NCBI GenBank assembly: GCA_041178085.1
Contig: JBEGVZ010000087.1
Location: 1-19,746 of the forward strand
Reading direction: 5' to 3'
Source: Pseudomonadota bacterium
GTDB taxonomy: Bacteria > Bdellovibrionota_B > Oligoflexia > Oligoflexales > RGVZ01
Length of the DNA: 19,746 nt
The translations under genes were made by a program, and so were the position numbers. The notes under the pieces are model-generated. The model worked only from the letters and a program-made list of their open reading frames with translations. It did no database searches and was not told where the DNA came from. Positions 16,374 to 19,746 of the stretch are shown piece after piece; the first letter of the stretch is position 1; the number at the start of each line of letters is the position of its first letter.

Positions 16374-16451
16374 AAAATTCAGTGGCATCAAGTCCGCCCC
16401 TTGGTGTAAACCCCACGGACCTGTTTTTTTTGAGATTTTTCGGAGATTCCC

Positions 16452-16574
16452 ATGCGCAAGAACCGTCCGCCCCGCAACCGCAAGAAAACAGCCCGCAAAC
16501 GTGCCGCAATGAAGGCTCGTGTGAAGCGCCGGAAGGCCAAGAGCCCACACGGAAGAAGGCTGAAGAAGGACTGA
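16452..16574 (+). CDS. 40-aa highly basic small protein (not in the ORF track)
   Basis: GGAGA at 16442-46, ATG 16452, MRKNRPPRNRKKTARKRAAMKARVKRRKAKSPHGRRLKKD, TGA 16572-74. It has 11 Arg and 10 Lys and fills the gap up to the convergent pfkA stop. Confidence 0.75.
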   Translation: MRKNRPPRNRKKTARKRAAMKARVKRRKAKSPHGRRLKKD

Positions 16575-16582
16575 ACTGACGT

Positions 16583-17686
16583 TCAGCCCTGACCCCCGCA
16601 ATAGATCCCTAGATCCTGCGCCGTTATGATAGTCGGGTCCCTTGGGTCAAGGCGCCGCGCGCCAGAGCCGCCGCGGCTTCGGGGTGCAGGATATTGCCCC
16701 ACTTCCACTTCGCCTTTTTTCAGCACGACAGTTGTCCCGAAGCGTTTCTCCAAGGCAAGCCGCATCGCCTTGGTGGCAAAGCGCGCCGCCAGGATCCGGT
16801 CGACCGGTACCGGACGGCTGCCCCTCTGGGTGTGCCCCAGGGCCGTGCAGCGGGTCTCGCAGCCCAGATTCTGGTGCAGCCAGGTCGCCACAGCGTCCCC
16901 GATTCCACCCAGATGTTTCGTACCGCTGCTGGAAGCCCGGTAACGGATTGCCTCACCCGAGGCGTGGGCCCCCTCGGCACAAACGACCAGCGCGTGGTTG
17001 CGCAGGTTCATTACCTTCGTCGAAAGATGTTTGCCCAGGTCTTCGTAAGAAAACGGGCGTTCCGGCAGCAAGATCGCATCGGCCCCAGCCGCAATTCCCG
17101 AATTCAAGGCAATAAATCCCGCATTCCGTCCCATAACTTCCACCACCATGATCCGGCCATGGGAGGCGCCCGAAGTTTTCACGCTGAGCAGAGCCTCAGC
17201 AGCAACATCCACCGCGGATGTGAAGCCGACTGCAAGTTCGGAGTCCATGTAGTCGTTGTCGATCGTTTTCGGGATCCCGATGAGCTTCACTCCGGCGTCA
17301 GCCAACTCAGCCGCAATCGAATGGGTGCCGTCCCCACCGACCACAATCAGCCCGTCCAAACCAAGCTTCTGGTAGCCGCGCACGACGCTTTTCTTGAATG
17401 CGTCCGCAGCCGGCCCCGGCTCCTTGAACGGATTTCCGGCATTTGATGTCGTCAGGTACGTTCCGCCAAGAGTCAGCAGGTTTTCGAGGACGAACTCATC
17501 GACCCCTTCGCCGCCGGGAATGTACAGATTTTTGGTCTTCGGCGGATCAAACGACAGCCCGTTGATCCCCTCAAGAATACCGATGATGGCCGTGTCGGCG
17601 CGGGTTCTCGCGCACAGGACAAGAGCCCTCAGGATTGCATTCAAACCGGCGCAATCGCCGCCGCCGGTGCTTACACCCAACCTCAA
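16583..17686 (-). CDS. pfkA: 6-phosphofructokinase, PfkA family, probably ATP-dependent
   Basis: TGGGDCAGLN, GGTYLTTS, VGGDGT (Gly, not the Asp of PPi-type GGDD), PKTIDND, EVMGRNAG, LGHTQRG, DRILA. The TTG start overlaps the upstream stop (TTGA). Confidence 0.92.
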   Translation of the reverse strand: MRLGVSTGGGDCAGLNAILRALVLCARTRADTAIIGILEGINGLSFDPPKTKNLYIPGGEGVDEFVLENLLTLGGTYLTTSNAGNPFKEPGPAADAFKKSVVRGYQKLGLDGLIVVGGDGTHSIAAELADAGVKLIGIPKTIDNDYMDSELAVGFTSAVDVAAEALLSVKTSGASHGRIMVVEVMGRNAGFIALNSGIAAGADAILLPERPFSYEDLGKHLSTKVMNLRNHALVVCAEGAHASGEAIRYRASSSGTKHLGGIGDAVATWLHQNLGCETRCTALGHTQRGSRPVPVDRILAARFATKAMRLALEKRFGTTVVLKKGEVEVGQYPAPRSRGGSGARRLDPRDPTIITAQDLGIYCGGQG

Positions 17687-18288
17687 TTCTTCGTCCTCGC
17701 CTGACGGATCTTGATGAATGAATCGATCAATGCAACATGCCGGGGTGCGTTTCGGGGGTTGGCCTGGACGATTATGAACCGCGTCTTGACGTCGAGGGGT
17801 CCGTTGTCCGCAACCCTCACCAGATGTACGGCCTCACGCTGGATCGAATCGAATGCGGGTTCAATGAAATCGTCCAGTTCATCAAAGAAGGCAAATTCCT
17901 TCCTCAACAGCAGCAAATCGGCCGCAGAAACCGAAGCCAGCTGCTTGACGGTCCTGGCCCCGGGGGCAACTGACTCAACGGCGGCTGTCCCGGAAGGAAG
18001 CACGAAAATCATGATCTGTCCGTCATCCACATAGCCAGCCTCGGAAAAGAGGCCCCATGCCTCAGTTGCTTGAAGGGCAGTTGCGCGCGCCGTAAAAGCC
18101 TGCTGCCAGGCTGGCTGAATGCGAGCATCGATCAACTTGGCTGCCATCGACGCCTTGGGCTTGCTGGCGGTTTGCAAAGTAGGAGAAGCCTCGCGGTCCT
18201 GCTTGTGAAAAGTACAGGCGCTGTTACCACAGGCGACCCCAAGAAAAGCCAGGATTGGCAGAAGGACGAGCCTCAGGAATGATCTCAT
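17683..18288 (-). CDS. Hypothetical lipoprotein
   Basis: GGAGGT RBS; MRSFLRLVLLPILAFLGVA|C lipobox; its stop overlaps the pfkA start. Confidence 0.75.
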   Translation of the reverse strand: MRSFLRLVLLPILAFLGVACGNSACTFHKQDREASPTLQTASKPKASMAAKLIDARIQPAWQQAFTARATALQATEAWGLFSEAGYVDDGQIMIFVLPSGTAAVESVAPGARTVKQLASVSAADLLLLRKEFAFFDELDDFIEPAFDSIQREAVHLVRVADNGPLDVKTRFIIVQANPRNAPRHVALIDSFIKIRQARTKN

Positions 18289-18345
18289 GACAATCGCACC
18301 TCCGTTGTTTTCCCGGTATCATTGAGGAACACTGGGAATGCCGGG

Positions 18346-19455
18346 ATGGCAAGGGACGATGATCTCACAACTTGGACGTTTGGTGAAAGCGCAAGTCGTC
18401 AGGGGCATGCAGGAGTCTTGAAGTTGGAAGTAGGCAGCAAAATTGAAGCATTCAGGTTAGCCCTGCGGCGCGCAGCCGCGCGGCTGCCGTCCCGTACCTG
18501 GGCCCCAGACTCTGTGATTCTTGCGGGCGATGCGGCTGACCTTGCGATGCTGGATCCAACCCCAACCAGTGATCTCCTGGCCGGTGAAAAAAGCATCTGT
18601 CTGACACTCACAGCCCTGGTCCACGGCAACGAAACGGGTGGGATCGATGTCCTGATCGCCGTTCTGGAGGCAATTGCAGCCAGACAGATCAGGCTGCTGA
18701 AACCGGTCGCAGTGGCACTGGGCAACCCGCAAGCTGCCATGTCCGGCCAGAGATTCCTGGACAAGGACCTCAATCGTTCCTTCGGCATGAGTAGCCTAGG
18801 GACCGGACTGGAACCACTGCGCGCCCGTGAACTGCAGCCTATCCTGGGCTGCAGCCGCTACTTGTTGGATTTCCACCAGACCCGGGAACCGTCCCACACT
18901 GCGTTTTTCATCTTTCCTTGGAGCAGAAAGTCATTTGACTTCGCACGGTCGATCACAGATGGGCTACCGGTCGTAACGCATTGGGGAGCTTCTTTTTCCA
19001 AGGATGGGATGTGTACCGACGAGTACGTTAATGCCCGGGGCGGCACAGGCATTACCCTGGAACTCGGCCAATGTGGCTTTGACGAAGGACAAGCGCGGCT
19101 CGGATGGGGTACTGCCATGCGGGCACTTCATGCAACCGGCGCGGTCTCAGGGGCCGAACTCCCCTCTATAGAGTCGCACCCATCCTTTCATGGCACCATC
19201 TATACCTGGAACGCGACCATTCCTTACCCAGATGGGCCGGTCGTAGATCTGCGGCCTGGGCTGGTCAATTTTGCAGATGTCGAGCGCGGAGAGGTCCTGG
19301 GCCAGCAAGGGAACAACACCGTGACAGCCCCGGCAGGCGGACGCATCCTGTTTCCCAAATACATCCGTCCGGGATCCCTCGAAGCCAAAGCCCCCCGACC
19401 GGCAGAACTTTTGCGTATCATGAAGCCAATCACCAAAGAGGAACTTCCAGGATGA
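18346..19455 (+). CDS. Succinylglutamate desuccinylase/aspartoacylase (AstE/AspA, M14-like Zn hydrolase); start uncertain (18322 to ~18424)
   Basis: HGNETGG Zn motif, GNP, RFLDKDLNRSF, LDFHQ, TLELGQ, and C-terminal NFADVERGEVLG...ILFPK. Confidence 0.88.
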   Translation: MARDDDLTTWTFGESASRQGHAGVLKLEVGSKIEAFRLALRRAAARLPSRTWAPDSVILAGDAADLAMLDPTPTSDLLAGEKSICLTLTALVHGNETGGIDVLIAVLEAIAARQIRLLKPVAVALGNPQAAMSGQRFLDKDLNRSFGMSSLGTGLEPLRARELQPILGCSRYLLDFHQTREPSHTAFFIFPWSRKSFDFARSITDGLPVVTHWGASFSKDGMCTDEYVNARGGTGITLELGQCGFDEGQARLGWGTAMRALHATGAVSGAELPSIESHPSFHGTIYTWNATIPYPDGPVVDLRPGLVNFADVERGEVLGQQGNNTVTAPAGGRILFPKYIRPGSLEAKAPRPAELLRIMKPITKEELPG

Positions 19456-19746
19456 AAAAGACCATCCTCTTGTCGCTGTGCATCATGCCTTCACTGGTTT
19501 TGGCCCAGTCCCCGTCGCCTTCAACCACTGCCCCATCAGCATCGCCTGCTGCCTCTGCAGGGCCATCGCCATCAGGTTCACCATCGCCATCCGGATCGCC
19601 GACGCCCTCACCGACGCCAGACCCAGCCATCACAGCGCGCGCAGAGGCAGCCGATTTCATCCGCTCGTGCACCAAGGACTTTCACCTTTCACTCAGCCGA
19701 CGACTGGTATTCTCCCTTGATGGGACACGGGCATACTTCATCGTCC
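19452..19746 (+). CDS. Secreted protein with a Ser/Pro/Thr-rich N-terminal linker (runs off the window; not in the ORF track)
   Basis: ATGA overlap with the upstream stop. Translation MKKTILLSLCIMPSLVLA|QSPSPSTTAPSASPAASAGPSPSGSPSPSGSPTPSPTPDP...VFSLDGTRAYFIV has no stop before the window end. Confidence 0.8.
   Translation, partial: MKKTILLSLCIMPSLVLAQSPSPSTTAPSASPAASAGPSPSGSPSPSGSPTPSPTPDPAITARAEAADFIRSCTKDFHLSLSRRLVFSLDGTRAYFIV

Noticed and set aside
16358..16579. 73-aa plus-strand ORF and overlapping minus-strand ORFs
   Set aside because: It starts inside the IS terminal repeat. The 40-aa ORF in another frame has a clear RBS and coherent composition.
16694..17446. 250-aa plus-strand ORF
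   Set aside because: Antisense shadow of pfkA.
19430..19720. Track ORFs 19430-19675 (-) and 19478-19720 (+)
   Set aside because: The frame starting at 19452 has a signal peptide and ATGA coupling; these are its shadows.

Overview
A 19.7-kb bacterial chromosomal segment of moderately high GC (estimated by eye). Protein style suggests Bdellovibrionota/Oligoflexia or a related delta-type lineage; this is inference only. Housekeeping genes are a long-form UbiD decarboxylase, clpS-clpA, corA, a CNNM/CorC-family protein, a 6-phosphofructokinase and an AstE/AspA-family hydrolase. They are interspersed with secreted proteins and lipoproteins of unknown function. Most notable: (1) a Tgt fused to an MnmC/MnmD-type SAM methyltransferase, with an altered tRNA-contact motif, which could make an N-methylated preQ1 wobble base; (2) a ~1.06-kb IS1-like element with a D-D-N transposase, 29-bp imperfect terminal inverted repeats showing compensatory changes, and an apparent TA duplication in a stop codon; (3) a 40-aa, 52% Arg/Lys ORF missing from the ORF track; (4) a membrane-anchored Lys/His-rich protein behind a sigma54-type promoter; (5) a secreted protein with three Cys-paired repeats. 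No rRNA, tRNA or CRISPR array was recognised. All calls come from reading the sequence; no searches were run.
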